Both the position numbers and the translations under genes were made by a program. The notes under the pieces were generated by a model. It saw only the letters and a list, made by a program, of their open reading frames with translations, was not told where the DNA came from and made no database searches. Positions 1-10,558 of a DNA stretch of 64,000 bases are shown piece by piece. This DNA comes from Patescibacteria group bacterium (GTDB lineage Bacteria > Patescibacteriota > Patescibacteriia > PEXW01): positions 9,978-73,977 of the forward strand of contig JBAZBR010000002.1 of assembly GCA_041671325.1 (NCBI GenBank). The letters are read 5' to 3'. Each line of letters begins with the position of its first letter. The first letter of the stretch is position 1.

Positions 1-2
1 AC

Positions 3-284
3 CTCCCTTGGGGCTATGACTCCAAGAGTGATCCAGCTAACCAGCACAGTTATAACCATCAATACCGCTTTGGCGCTTCATCCGGAAAATGCTACAAGTC
101 TGGCGAAGGTGAGTTTGCCAGCAACCCATTAGTCAAAGGCCATGAGTATTGCGTAGCCAAGCCAAAAATCCAAATCCAGGATAATTGGGAATGGTGCAAT
201 GGCGGCCGATGCATTGGCAGTTTCCCGTCAACTGATCCAGTTTTTTGGAAGGCTTTTGGAGGCAGCATCATCGTGATCCAGTAA
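3..284 (+). CDS. C-terminal fragment of an upstream large Cys-containing hypothetical protein (partial)
   Basis: Frame 3 is open from the window edge to TAA at 282-284 (..YCVAKPKIQIQDNWEWCNGGRC..KAFGGSIIVIQ*), 16 nt before the next ATG. Confidence 0.7.
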   Translation, partial: LPWGYDSKSDPANQHSYNHQYRFGASSGKCYKSGEGEFASNPLVKGHEYCVAKPKIQIQDNWEWCNGGRCIGSFPSTDPVFWKAFGGSIIVIQ

Positions 285-300
285 AATAAATCAAAAATTA

Positions 301-3300
301 ATGTTAAACCGATTAAGATTAATGTTGAATTGGCTTAAAAAGAATCCTGCTAAAGGCAGTCTTTTGGTTTTGCCAATCATTGCCGTCTTGGTTTATATCC
401 TGGTTCCGCACTCAGCCAGAGCCGCCATTACTTTTGAAGGCGCGATCGTCGGGGTTTTAGGCTGGATTTTTTCCTTTTTTGTCTACATCCTAGGCAACAT
501 TTTGGTCAAGTTTATTGATTTGCTGGTCTGGGTGGCGCAATATAACGATTTTATCAATGCTGAAGCCGTGAGAGTGGGTTGGACTGTGGTCAGGGACTTG
601 GCCAACATGTTCTTCATCGTCGCTTTGCTGGTAATCTCTTTCGGCACGGTTTTCCGCATCCAGGAATACAGGTACAACCGCTTGCTCTCCAAAGTCATCA
701 TTATGGCGGTGCTGATTAATTTTTCCAAAATGATCGCCGCTTTTTTCATTGATGTTTCCCAAGTCATCATGCTGACTTTTGTCAACGCTTTCAAAGACAT
801 GGCGGCGGGCAATTTGACTTCAGGTTTCGGCATTGATAATATCGTTTCTTTTTCCCAAGACGTGTCTGCCCAAGGCGGGGACATTAGCGTTACTTCCGTG
901 GCTGGCGCCATGTTTGCCGCGGTCATCATGCTTTTTGTGGCCACGGTAGTGGTGGCGATTTTCACCCTATATTTAGTCCAAAGGATTGTCATGCTTTGGA
1001 TCTACATCATCCTTTCGCCCATGGCTTACATGCTTGCGGTTTTCCCAGGCAGTCTGGGTTCTTTTTGGAGCACTTGGTGGCGGGACTTCACCCAATATGT
1101 CATTCGCGGGCCAGTTATTGCTTTTTTCCTTTGGCTGGCATTGACGATCATTTCCTTATCCCAAGCCACCAGCACCGGCACTATTTTAGGCACCAATCCT
1201 AATGAATCACAGGTTGGCCAATTGGGCGGCGGAGTTGACGTGTCTGAACAGCAAAAAGACCTTTCGGCTACTGCCTCCAAGGCCACGACCAGTGCCAATA
1301 TTTTGAATTACCTTATGGCGGTTGGTTTATTGGTGGCCGGGTTAATGCAAACGGCTAAGGCCGGCGGCGCCGCCGGCAGCGTGGCTGGCAAATGGATGGG
1401 GAATTTCCAGAAATGGGGCGGAGCCATGGCCACTTCCCCAATCGGTATGGCCAAAGGCGTACTTAAACGGCCGGCTTATGGCGTAGCTGGCGCGGCTTTG
1501 GGCACTGCCGCCCGCTTGCCTTTGGTTGGCACGACTTTTGGCAAATTAAACGCCCGGATGCAGCGCCAGCGCCAAAGAGCTGAAGAAAAAGATACTGACT
1601 GGATTAATTATGCGGATGAAAGAACCGTGAAGAGATTAGCTTTAGCTCAAATCAATTTGACTGAAGGGGGTAGGAAAGAATCGAAGATTGCCCGGGAAAG
1701 GCTGTTGAAGAAAAATGAATTAAAGAATTATAAAACAGAAGATCAAGACCGGGTGCTTAATGATTATCGCCGGGATATTGGTTATAAAGAAAAAGAGCGA
1801 AGTCATGGCGATTTCCATGTAAGCTATAGGGACAGTTATGGTGGCCAAATTTTGGAAGATGCTTACAGGAAAAATCCATCATTAAGGGGCCGTGGTTATG
1901 CTGGCGCTTCACCAAGTAAGCAAGCGTATTTAGATGCAGAAATGAAGAAATTAGCCCAAAGAATGACGCTTGATGATTTTGCTAAAAGTGAACCAAAATC
2001 CTGGGAAGATAATGCCGCAAATGCCCCTTGGCTAGCTCAAGCCTTACCAATTTTAGATGCACGATTGGGCGCAACAGGAAGTGAATTTCTTCATCGATTT
2101 GACGCAAACGTTCCAGAAAGCGTTAAAGACACGATCAGAACAACTATGGGAGGAAGAGGATATACGACTGCTTTTCAAGAAGAAATTGATCAGGAAATGC
2201 AAAAACGCACTGCTGAACAGGTTGCGGAATATGAAGCCAGAGGTTTGGATTTCCATGAATCCGCTGAATACCGCGCCGCTCCCAAAGGCACTTATTATGA
2301 TAAAAATACCTACGGCTTGAACGAACGCCAGCGCCAGCGCGTGGAAGAAAGGATGAAATTGACCAAAGAACAAGGTGATGCTGATTTAACGGCGGGTATA
2401 TCTATGTTTGCTAAAGGTTCCAGTAATATGCTGGCAGTCGATCAGGATGTGCTTGATAAAGCTGGAATTAAATTAGCCGCTGGCGGCCATGTTAAAGATA
2501 AAAGGCAGCTTACCCAATTAGCCGGGGCTCTAAGTGAAAAATTAAATTCAGACATTACGGATATTGAAGGCCAGATATCGGGTATTGCTCTTGAAGAGGC
2601 TGATATGGAACAGCCAACGGGCATGGATGCTTCGGGCAGGCAAATGACTCAGGCTGACCAAAATCCGCAAAGAATGCAGGAGATTGCCGCCAGGCGTGAA
2701 GCCTTGGAAGCTAAACGGGAAAATTTTGTCCAAGCCAGGAACAGGTTGCAATCGGGAAAAGGCTTGGAAGACATGCAATTCATTAATAAGGATAGTTATG
2801 TCGGCAACCGCTGGAACCTGATTGCGGAAGAAGCGACCCACAAAAAAATGGACCAGATGGATCCAGACGGCAGCTTTAGAAAGGGTTTGATGGGAAACAT
2901 GTCTCCGGAAGAAATCCAGTCCATTACCCAAGCCATGCGCGCCAAGACTGGCGACGAGACCTTGTCTGATGAGCGGGCATTTGAAGAATATTTGACCAAA
3001 GGCTTGGTTAATGTCCGGGGTGAAAAATACGCCGACACCATGCCAGACGCGGTTAAGCTTAAGAGTGGTTTGGCTTTAGATATCAAGCGCCAAGCAGAAG
3101 CTAAAGGCGTGAAAATTTCTATGGCTGGTTTAGAACCCGAAGAGATTGAAGCGCCGGGCAAAGTTGGCGGGGTTTCTTCCCGCTTAGGCGCTTTGGGGCG
3201 CAAAGTTACCCAACCCTACCGTGAAGTTAGAGAAGCCAGCCAAAAATCACAAATTGCCAGAAGCGCGGAAGCAACCATGGCCAGTCAGGAAAAATTAGAC

Positions 3301-4620
3301 CAGTTAAACCAAGAATACACTCAGGCTGAACAGCATACCAAAGCTGAAGAAGACAACCTCAAGCGCCTGCAGACCATTTCTAAAGGCAAGGTGGATAAGC
3401 TGATGGGTGATTATAATTCCTTGAATCAGCAACGGCAAACAACGACAGATCCCAGGCAGGCTTCTGAGTATGCCCGGCAAATGAACGCCATCAACGGCCA
3501 AGTCCAGGCCGAGAAAAATAAAGTTTCGGAGCAGCAAAAACGAGTTGAAGCCAGCCGCCAGAATTTTGCGGAAAAGCAGAAACAATTAAGCTTGCAAAAT
3601 TCATTGACTAAGAAATTTGAAGCCGAACAGGCCGCCAAAGAAGCAGGCTATGCCGCGACCATTCCTGGCCAGAAAAATGAAGTCCAACAGGAAAGAATGG
3701 AAGCTGAAAAAGTTCTGCCCGGCATCAATCAAAAGTTTGAGCAGAAAAAGACGGTGGCAGAAAAAGCCTTTGCTGAGCTGGAAGAATTTCAAAAGGGAAA
3801 AGAGATGAATCCGGAAATTAGAAAAATGCTTAAAGATGCTGAAGCCAGCAGAAAGGGTAAACATAAGAAAACTTTGAAATATCAGCTTGGCAAGGCTGAA
3901 AATCTTGCCTCCGCGATTCCATTTGAGGAGCGATACACTGTTGCGGGGACAGGCAAAGCCGATCCTGAGTTGCAACAAAAAATTAGATCTGCCGCTCAAG
4001 CTCAAGCTGAATTTGAACAAGCTGAACAAGAAAAAGCCAGTCAAGACGCTAAAGTCAATGCTTTGAAGACAAGGGAAGCGCAATTGCAAGGGGCGCAAAA
4101 AGCCGCCAGGCCAGTTGCGCCAAAAGCTGTCCCGCCTCCAGTTGCGCAGCCAGCCGTTTCAAAACCAGCCCCTCGCCAAGCAACCGCAGCTAGAACCGTT
4201 ACTCAACCGGCTGCTAAAGCGCCAGAAAAGTCGGTTGCAGAAGCTGAGGCCCCGGCAACGCCAATATCGGTAGAGCAGGTAAATAGGAATAACACTATTA
4301 TTCACGAAGAAATAAAAGGTGCTATGCCCAAGGCGCCCAGCGATTTACGTGATATATTTAAGGTTAATCCAGCGTCATATGACAATCTTTTAAGGCAAAT
4401 TCCTTTTATGAGAGAGTTGAATAATCGTTTGAGGTTTGGTTTTGAAAAAATGTTCAAAGCTAGTAATGTTTCTGATATTACCCAAGAAGCAATTCGGAAA
4501 CAGCTTGCTAATTTACAAAAACACACTAATAACAATGATAGCGACAGTTATAGGGAAGAATTGAAAAAACTGCATGGATTAATTAGTTCCAATTCCGGCG
4601 GAGCAAGCGAAGAAGAGTAA
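301..4620 (+). CDS. VirB6/TrbL-like polytopic membrane protein with long charged/coiled-coil C-terminal extension
   Basis: About 350 aa multi-TM N-terminus (GWTVVRDLANMFFI, RIVMLWIYIILSPMAY..WSTWW) typical of VirB6-like proteins; about 1000 aa Q/E/K-rich tail; lies upstream of PrgI/VirB4. Confidence 0.7.
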   Translation: MLNRLRLMLNWLKKNPAKGSLLVLPIIAVLVYILVPHSARAAITFEGAIVGVLGWIFSFFVYILGNILVKFIDLLVWVAQYNDFINAEAVRVGWTVVRDLANMFFIVALLVISFGTVFRIQEYRYNRLLSKVIIMAVLINFSKMIAAFFIDVSQVIMLTFVNAFKDMAAGNLTSGFGIDNIVSFSQDVSAQGGDISVTSVAGAMFAAVIMLFVATVVVAIFTLYLVQRIVMLWIYIILSPMAYMLAVFPGSLGSFWSTWWRDFTQYVIRGPVIAFFLWLALTIISLSQATSTGTILGTNPNESQVGQLGGGVDVSEQQKDLSATASKATTSANILNYLMAVGLLVAGLMQTAKAGGAAGSVAGKWMGNFQKWGGAMATSPIGMAKGVLKRPAYGVAGAALGTAARLPLVGTTFGKLNARMQRQRQRAEEKDTDWINYADERTVKRLALAQINLTEGGRKESKIARERLLKKNELKNYKTEDQDRVLNDYRRDIGYKEKERSHGDFHVSYRDSYGGQILEDAYRKNPSLRGRGYAGASPSKQAYLDAEMKKLAQRMTLDDFAKSEPKSWEDNAANAPWLAQALPILDARLGATGSEFLHRFDANVPESVKDTIRTTMGGRGYTTAFQEEIDQEMQKRTAEQVAEYEARGLDFHESAEYRAAPKGTYYDKNTYGLNERQRQRVEERMKLTKEQGDADLTAGISMFAKGSSNMLAVDQDVLDKAGIKLAAGGHVKDKRQLTQLAGALSEKLNSDITDIEGQISGIALEEADMEQPTGMDASGRQMTQADQNPQRMQEIAARREALEAKRENFVQARNRLQSGKGLEDMQFINKDSYVGNRWNLIAEEATHKKMDQMDPDGSFRKGLMGNMSPEEIQSITQAMRAKTGDETLSDERAFEEYLTKGLVNVRGEKYADTMPDAVKLKSGLALDIKRQAEAKGVKISMAGLEPEEIEAPGKVGGVSSRLGALGRKVTQPYREVREASQKSQIARSAEATMASQEKLDQLNQEYTQAEQHTKAEEDNLKRLQTISKGKVDKLMGDYNSLNQQRQTTTDPRQASEYARQMNAINGQVQAEKNKVSEQQKRVEASRQNFAEKQKQLSLQNSLTKKFEAEQAAKEAGYAATIPGQKNEVQQERMEAEKVLPGINQKFEQKKTVAEKAFAELEEFQKGKEMNPEIRKMLKDAEASRKGKHKKTLKYQLGKAENLASAIPFEERYTVAGTGKADPELQQKIRSAAQAQAEFEQAEQEKASQDAKVNALKTREAQLQGAQKAARPVAPKAVPPPVAQPAVSKPAPRQATAARTVTQPAAKAPEKSVAEAEAPATPISVEQVNRNNTIIHEEIKGAMPKAPSDLRDIFKVNPASYDNLLRQIPFMRELNNRLRFGFEKMFKASNVSDITQEAIRKQLANLQKHTNNNDSDSYREELKKLHGLISSNSGGASEEE

Positions 4621-4629
4621 TATTTTAGC

Positions 4630-4781
4630 CCCTCTCCTATATAGGAGAGGGTGGCCACTGGCCGGGTAAGGTGGGGAAAAACGTAATCCAATTATTCTGA
4701 GCGCCCTCACCCCCGCTTCCTGCCCACCGTACTTCGTCTGCGAAGGCAGGCGGGCGCGTACCCTCTCCCAGAGGGAGAGGG
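4630..4781. mobile_element. Empty (non-coding) copy of DUF559-type inverted-repeat element, with a 36-nt palindromic insert
   Basis: Left arm CCCTCTCCTATATAGGAGAGGG..GGGTAAGG; right arm CCCTCACCC..CCCTCTCCCAGAGGGAGAGGG. Same arms flank the DUF559 genes. Confidence 0.75.
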
Positions 4782-4835
4782 ATTAAAAAATAAGATTTTT
4801 CGACTTCGCTCGTAAAGACAAATTAAAAAAATAAA

Positions 4836-6188
4836 ATGCCAGATTCCTTATTATTAAAATTTCAAAAGTTACCCGATTTGACCAAATCTCGCGCTTCCGA
4901 CCCGGAAGCCATGCGGGTGCTTGACCAATTGGAAAAAGATTTCAGCTTAAACTTGGCTGAATTAGTCATGCGGGTTTTAGTTAAGGAAGTTGCACCGGAA
5001 AAAATTGACGAAGCTTTGAATTTGCAATATTCAGTCGACAGAACCAAAGCCAAGGAGGTTGCTCAAGCCATGCTGGATCGTCTATTTTTCCATTTTCATC
5101 TCTTGGAATTGCCAGATGTTTCCCAAGACAAATCTAAAGAAGGCGAACCTTTAAAACCCCAAAGCGGGGCAAATCCCTATTTGGTTCATCCAGATGATGA
5201 AAAAGATATTTTAACCCATCAAAAATTTCTGCAAAATCCCCCTGCCCAGACAGTCGATACTGATTTTGAAAAGGTGGTCAACCGGATTGTCCAAATGGAA
5301 AGGCTGCAATTGGATGAGATTACCAAGCGGCGCTTTGAAAAAGTTATTGAATCAAGGCTGGTAGACGTTAGGGATAAATTAGAAACCAGGGATATTCTGG
5401 TCCGATCGGAAAAAATTGGCGGCATGGGTTTTGATGATGCCAGGGCTGAAAGGATTGTTGCTGAATTGGAAAGGGTGGTTGAAGAAATTCACCGTCGGCC
5501 TAAGCCTGTGATTGAAAAACCAAAACCAGCCATTCAACCAAAACCAATTCCTCCTCCACCCCCACCCCCGCCTAAAGTTCAGGTTGATCTGAAACCAAAG
5601 GCCGAAAACGAAATTCCTAAACCAGTTCCGAAACCAGTCATGCCAAAACCACCCGAAATCCAATCAACACCAGTTTCAATTTCTACCATTGAAAAACCAA
5701 AAAAGATTGTGGCGCCGCCACCCTGGTTCAGGCCATCAAATATCCCCGCAGTTGCTCAGCCCAGCCAGCCAGTGCAGTCAGCGGTTACGTTCAAGCCAAA
5801 ACCAATTGCCCCGCCCCAACCCAGCTACCAAGAAATGGTTACCGATGTTCGGGCACCGGTTAAGGTAATGGGCCCGATTGAAGTTTTAGCCAGCCTGACT
5901 TTGGAAGATTTTCGGAGGTTAGGCGTTGACCCAGAAGCCAGAACTAAAAAAATTATTGATGAAATTGAAGCCTTAGGTAAAGATTCTTTTGGCCAAAAAG
6001 CGGCCGGTATCCAAGCTTGGCGAAAATCCCCGACTTTCCAAAATTACCTTCAGATCGGGCAAATGGCCATGGAAAAGAAAGAGGATTTAACTGACATTAT
6101 CCAGTTGTTAAAAGCCCAGGGCAAGCCCTCTTTAGGTACGGATGAATTTGAGGCTATTGGCGCCCTCATGAGGCAATTTAGATTTTAA
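4836..6188 (+). CDS. Proline-rich hypothetical protein of the T4SS-like operon
   Basis: 450 aa ORF with a central PK/PPP-rich linker; ends 3 nt before PrgI. Confidence 0.75.
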   Translation: MPDSLLLKFQKLPDLTKSRASDPEAMRVLDQLEKDFSLNLAELVMRVLVKEVAPEKIDEALNLQYSVDRTKAKEVAQAMLDRLFFHFHLLELPDVSQDKSKEGEPLKPQSGANPYLVHPDDEKDILTHQKFLQNPPAQTVDTDFEKVVNRIVQMERLQLDEITKRRFEKVIESRLVDVRDKLETRDILVRSEKIGGMGFDDARAERIVAELERVVEEIHRRPKPVIEKPKPAIQPKPIPPPPPPPPKVQVDLKPKAENEIPKPVPKPVMPKPPEIQSTPVSISTIEKPKKIVAPPPWFRPSNIPAVAQPSQPVQSAVTFKPKPIAPPQPSYQEMVTDVRAPVKVMGPIEVLASLTLEDFRRLGVDPEARTKKIIDEIEALGKDSFGQKAAGIQAWRKSPTFQNYLQIGQMAMEKKEDLTDIIQLLKAQGKPSLGTDEFEAIGALMRQFRF

Positions 6189-6191
6189 TTT

Positions 6192-6671
6192 ATGATGCAA
6201 TTTGTAGTTCCCCAATTCATTGATGTCGAAGACAAGATTTTAGGGCCTTTAACCGTCCGCCAATTCTTGTTGCTCTTAGCCTGGGGTATTGTAGGTTTTT
6301 TATCCTTCAAGATCATGAGCTTCTTTACCTTCATATTTTTTGCAATTTTTTGGTCGGGTTTTATTTTTCTGCTGGCTTTTATCAAAATCAACGGCCGGCC
6401 TTTCCATTATTTCATCCTTTCAATTTTGCAGACCGAACGCATGCCAAAGTTGCGCATCTGGCATAAGGAAGATACTGAATATGAATTCCGTTTTGCGGCC
6501 GCCAAGGCCTTAAAACCAAAAACCCCGATAGCCCAAAAGCAGCCCCTCACCGCTTCCCGACTGACCGAACTTTCCTTAGTCGTAGATACTGGCGGCGTTT
6601 ATGATGAAACCGGCGATGTGGTGGCTGAAACTTTAAAAAATTCCAATGGCAAATACAGACCGACAAATTAA
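6192..6671 (+). CDS. PrgI family (VirB3-like) membrane protein
   Basis: QFVVPQFIDVEDKILGPLTVRQF motif, two TM helices, KINGRPF. Confidence 0.85.
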   Translation: MMQFVVPQFIDVEDKILGPLTVRQFLLLLAWGIVGFLSFKIMSFFTFIFFAIFWSGFIFLLAFIKINGRPFHYFILSILQTERMPKLRIWHKEDTEYEFRFAAAKALKPKTPIAQKQPLTASRLTELSLVVDTGGVYDETGDVVAETLKNSNGKYRPTN

Positions 6672-7326
6672 ACTCAAAGCCCCATCAACCCAAAAGTTCT
6701 TGGATGTCTGGGAAATCAAGGATGATGTAGTCATCTTGAAAAACGGCACTATCCGGAGCGTGCTTTTGGTTTCTTCCATGAATTTTGCTCTAAAAAGCGA
6801 CGAGGAGCAGGCGGCTGTCATTCAGGCTTACACTCAATACTTGAATATTATCGATTTTCCTTTGCAGATAGTCATCCAATCCAGGAAGTTGAACATTGAC
6901 CCTTATTTGGACAACCTTAAAGTCATTGAGAAAGCCCAAACCAACGAGCTTTTAAAAATGCAAACCCAAGAATACATCACTTACGTCAAAGAGCTGGTTG
7001 AGTTGGCCGATATTATGTCCAAAAGGTTTTACGTGGTCGTGCCTTTTGAACAAATTACCAAGAAGCGCCAAGGCTTTTTCAAGCGCTTGACGACCGTCAT
7101 TTCGCCCACTAACGTCATCCATATCAAGCAAAAAAGGTTTTTGGAAATGCGGGATGACTTGATGAAGCGGGTTGATTTTGTGGTGGATGGGCTTTCCGGA
7201 CTGGGCTTAAAAGCAGTACCCCTGGATACCCAAGGCTTGATTGAACTTTTTTATACGACCTATAACCCGCAAACTTCTGATCAGCAGAAGTTGGGGAATT
7301 TTGAACAATTGAGCGTTGAAAAATAA
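6646..7326 (+). CDS. TraC/VirB4 N-terminal-like accessory protein
   Basis: VSSMNFALKSDEEQ..FPLQIVIQSRKL..FYVVVP; lies between PrgI and VirB4. Confidence 0.7.
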   Translation: MANTDRQIKLKAPSTQKFLDVWEIKDDVVILKNGTIRSVLLVSSMNFALKSDEEQAAVIQAYTQYLNIIDFPLQIVIQSRKLNIDPYLDNLKVIEKAQTNELLKMQTQEYITYVKELVELADIMSKRFYVVVPFEQITKKRQGFFKRLTTVISPTNVIHIKQKRFLEMRDDLMKRVDFVVDGLSGLGLKAVPLDTQGLIELFYTTYNPQTSDQQKLGNFEQLSVEK

Positions 7327-9224
7327 TGGCCATTAATTTATCCAAAAAACCCAAGGCAATGCAAGCGGAAACCCTTCCGCCTGTTCAAATTATGACTGAG
7401 GAAGAGGTGCAGCAGCAGTCAGGAATTGAATTGCAACGGAAGCGGGAAATGCTTGAGGCCGAAAGAATTTACCGCCGGGGCGTGGTTTCGGTTAGGGATT
7501 TTATTGCCCCGGCCTCGTTCAAAGTTTCAGCCAAAGAGGTGGAAATCGGCGGCAAGCTAGCCCGAACCATGTTCATCGTCACCTACCCTCGGTATATTGC
7601 CGTGGGTTGGTTTGCCCCAATTATTAATTTGAACGTGCCTTTGGATGTTTCCATGTTTTTCTACCCCGTCGGTTCAGAAGTGGTGCTCAAGCAATTACGC
7701 AATAAGGTAGGCCAATTGGAAGCCCAAATTTTATCAGATGCGGAAAAAGGCGCGCCCCGCGATCCAATTCGGGAAACGGCCTTGCGGGACATTGAACAGC
7801 TCCGCGATAATTTGACCCAAGGTACGGAAAAATTTTTCCAAGTTGCGCTTTATGTAACTCTTTATGGCGATAATAAAGAGGATTTGGACAAGCTCAGCGA
7901 TAAGGTCGAGTCTATGTTTGGCTCTAAATTGGTTTTTAGCAAGCGCGTCCTATACCAGGCTGAGCAAGGTTTTAATTCAACCTTACCCATTGGCAAAGAT
8001 GAATTGCAGGTATATTTCAACATGAATTCTTCGCCAGCGGCCAGCAGTTTCCCTTTTATTTCTTCAGATGTTTCTTCAGACAATGGCATACTTTATGGCA
8101 TTAACCGCCATAATAATTCTTTGATCCTATTTGACCGCTTTAGCCTGCAAAACGCGAATTTTGTGGTTTTTGCCACTTCTGGTGCGGGCAAAAGCTATGC
8201 CGTCAAGTTGGAAATACTCCGTTCGCTCATGGTTGGCACGGATGTTATCGTCATTGACCCTGAAAGGGAATATAAATATTTATCCGATGCGGTTGGCGGC
8301 ACTTATATCAACATCTCCTTGAATTCTGAATCAAAAATCAATCCCTTTGATTTGCCTCGGGCGGTTGGCGGCGCGGAAAAACCAGCAGACATCATCCGGG
8401 CCGCGGTCATTACTTTAAAAGGCATGTTGCGGCTTATGCTAGGCACCGTAACTCCAGAGGAAGATTCAATCATCGATCGGGCCTTGATTGAAACCTATGC
8501 CAAAAAAGACATAACTGCCGAATCCGATCTGACTACGGTTGAACCGCCATTGATGGCGGATTTCCAAGAGGTTTTATCCGGCATGGTTGGCGCTGAAGGC
8601 ATAACTGAAAGGATTAAAAAATACACCGAAGGCACCTTTTCCGGCCTCTTTAACAGTCCCACCAATATTGAACTCAGGAACCAGTTAGTCACCTTTTCCG
8701 TAAGGGATTTGGAAGATGAATTAAGGCCGATTGGCATTTCCATCATCGTCTCTTATATTTGGAATGTAGTCAGGTCGCAGCTGAAAAAGAGGATTTTGGT
8801 TATTGATGAAGCCTGGTGGCTGATGCAGAACGAAGATTCGGCCAAATTCATTTATGCTTTGGTTAAACGCTGCCGGAAATATTATTTGGGTGTCACGACC
8901 ATAACCCAAGACGTGAATGATTTCTTGCGTTCGCCCTATGGCCAGGCCATTGTCACTAATTCGGCTTTGCAGCTGCTCATGAAACAGTCGCCCGCGGGCA
9001 TTGATATGATCGCCAAGACTTTCATGCTGACCCAAGGTGAAAAATATTTATTGCTGGAAGCCGCGGTTGGCGAAGGTATATTTTTTGCCGGGCCCAAGCA
9101 TGCGGCCATAAAAGTCGTGGCTTCGTACACAGAAGACCAAATAATCACCTCTGACCCCAGGCAGCTTTTGGAAATCGAGGCGGCCAAAAAGGAATTTAAT
9201 GAAAGCAATCCCCAATCCAGTTAA
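7326..9224 (+). CDS. virB4: VirB4/TraC-like T4SS ATPase
   Basis: Walker A ATSGAGKS, IDPEREY, INPFD, Walker B LVIDEAW, RKY..TITQ. Confidence 0.9.
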   Translation: MAINLSKKPKAMQAETLPPVQIMTEEEVQQQSGIELQRKREMLEAERIYRRGVVSVRDFIAPASFKVSAKEVEIGGKLARTMFIVTYPRYIAVGWFAPIINLNVPLDVSMFFYPVGSEVVLKQLRNKVGQLEAQILSDAEKGAPRDPIRETALRDIEQLRDNLTQGTEKFFQVALYVTLYGDNKEDLDKLSDKVESMFGSKLVFSKRVLYQAEQGFNSTLPIGKDELQVYFNMNSSPAASSFPFISSDVSSDNGILYGINRHNNSLILFDRFSLQNANFVVFATSGAGKSYAVKLEILRSLMVGTDVIVIDPEREYKYLSDAVGGTYINISLNSESKINPFDLPRAVGGAEKPADIIRAAVITLKGMLRLMLGTVTPEEDSIIDRALIETYAKKDITAESDLTTVEPPLMADFQEVLSGMVGAEGITERIKKYTEGTFSGLFNSPTNIELRNQLVTFSVRDLEDELRPIGISIIVSYIWNVVRSQLKKRILVIDEAWWLMQNEDSAKFIYALVKRCRKYYLGVTTITQDVNDFLRSPYGQAIVTNSALQLLMKQSPAGIDMIAKTFMLTQGEKYLLLEAAVGEGIFFAGPKHAAIKVVASYTEDQIITSDPRQLLEIEAAKKEFNESNPQSS

Positions 9225-9239
9225 ATCTTAAAAAATAAT

Positions 9240-9836
9240 ATGTCAAAAAAGCTATTAATCATTCTTGCTGGAGCCGTAATTATTACCCTTGCCCTTTTAG
9301 TTTTATTATTCGTTTGGCAAAAGAAGGCGCCTAGCAACACTAATGCCAAAAATACCAATGCCAAAATCCCCAATATCAACACGGTGATTGTCAACCAAAA
9401 CTCAAACCAGAACGCAAACACCCAGCCAGTTGATTCAAATATCAATGACAAGCTTACAGTCCAGCAAGTTGCCCGGAGTTTCGCCGGTATATACGGAAGT
9501 TTTTCCACCCAAAATGATTTTCAGAATATCACTGATTTGTATTTTTACATGACCCCGCAACTGAAAGCCCAGCAAGAGGGCTATGTCGCCACCGAAAGGC
9601 AAAACCGCAAAGATAATTCTCTGTATCGGGGCATCACTTCGGAAGTCCGGATTGTAAATTTGGAAAGTTTTGACGCCCAAAACAAGACCGCGACCGTTAA
9701 AATCTCCTTGCAAAGAGTCGAATCAAGCGGCAGCACCAGCGAGAGTACCAATTATTACCAGGACATCACTTTAAGTTTTGAAAAACAGGATGGCGTCTGG
9801 AAAGTCGGCAAAATTGTTTGGGGGCCTAAGCAATAA
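9240..9836 (+). CDS. Membrane-anchored NTF2-like (VirB8/TcpC-like) protein
   Basis: Single N-terminal TM, Asn-rich linker, C-terminal FEKQDGVWKV strand pattern; directly after VirB4. Confidence 0.55.
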   Translation: MSKKLLIILAGAVIITLALLVLLFVWQKKAPSNTNAKNTNAKIPNINTVIVNQNSNQNANTQPVDSNINDKLTVQQVARSFAGIYGSFSTQNDFQNITDLYFYMTPQLKAQQEGYVATERQNRKDNSLYRGITSEVRIVNLESFDAQNKTATVKISLQRVESSGSTSESTNYYQDITLSFEKQDGVWKVGKIVWGPKQ

Positions 9837-9844
9837 TAGCTATT

Positions 9845-10558
9845 ATGGCAACTGCACAAGAAAATCAGCGATTAAGTGCGTTGACGCAAAGTAGTATAGT
9901 AAATAAAAGATTACAGGATGATATTTCAAAATTGACCAAGACGGATTTTCCCACGTGGGATGCGGCCCAAAGCGAACAAGGCAGGATGCAGATGGATTCA
10001 ATTATGGACAGGCAGACAAATAACAGAAGTTCAATACGTACTTCAGCTGATCAGCAAAAACAGGAACAAGGCAGGCTTTCAAGCCGTTTGAAACAATTAC
10101 GCAATATTAGAAAACAGTACGTTGATCAATTAGCCGCCAGCCCGATGGCCGAAGCCGTTACAGTCGCAAACCAGGCTTGGGCAAAGCAAGTGGATCTTTG
10201 GCAATCAGGCTTGGCTATTGGGGTTTGGGGTTTTGATATTGTGGTTTCGGATTGGCTTTTTATTTTGATTTGGCTGGCCAGGGTTTTTTCTCCTCTATTG
10301 CCCAAGCCGCGAGGGTTGCAGATTGTCCCGAGTTATAGCCTGAGAACCATGGGTGGCATTGGCACGGCCATCAGCCACGCCGGGACTGCCTTTTTTGCCG
10401 GGATTTGCTACTTAATCATCATTGTTTTTGTCGGGATAATCGCTTGGTTTGTCATGCAAATAGTCAATGGGAGCTTTTTGGAAAAAATTCAGGCGCTCTA
10501 TTATTTATTTACAGGCCCGTTGACGCCAATTTATGATGTGTTACAAAGCGCTTTATGA
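9845..10558 (+). CDS. Hypothetical membrane protein
   Basis: Coiled-coil N-terminus and hydrophobic C-terminus; overlaps the next start codon (ATGA). Confidence 0.7.
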   Translation: MATAQENQRLSALTQSSIVNKRLQDDISKLTKTDFPTWDAAQSEQGRMQMDSIMDRQTNNRSSIRTSADQQKQEQGRLSSRLKQLRNIRKQYVDQLAASPMAEAVTVANQAWAKQVDLWQSGLAIGVWGFDIVVSDWLFILIWLARVFSPLLPKPRGLQIVPSYSLRTMGGIGTAISHAGTAFFAGICYLIIIVFVGIIAWFVMQIVNGSFLEKIQALYYLFTGPLTPIYDVLQSAL

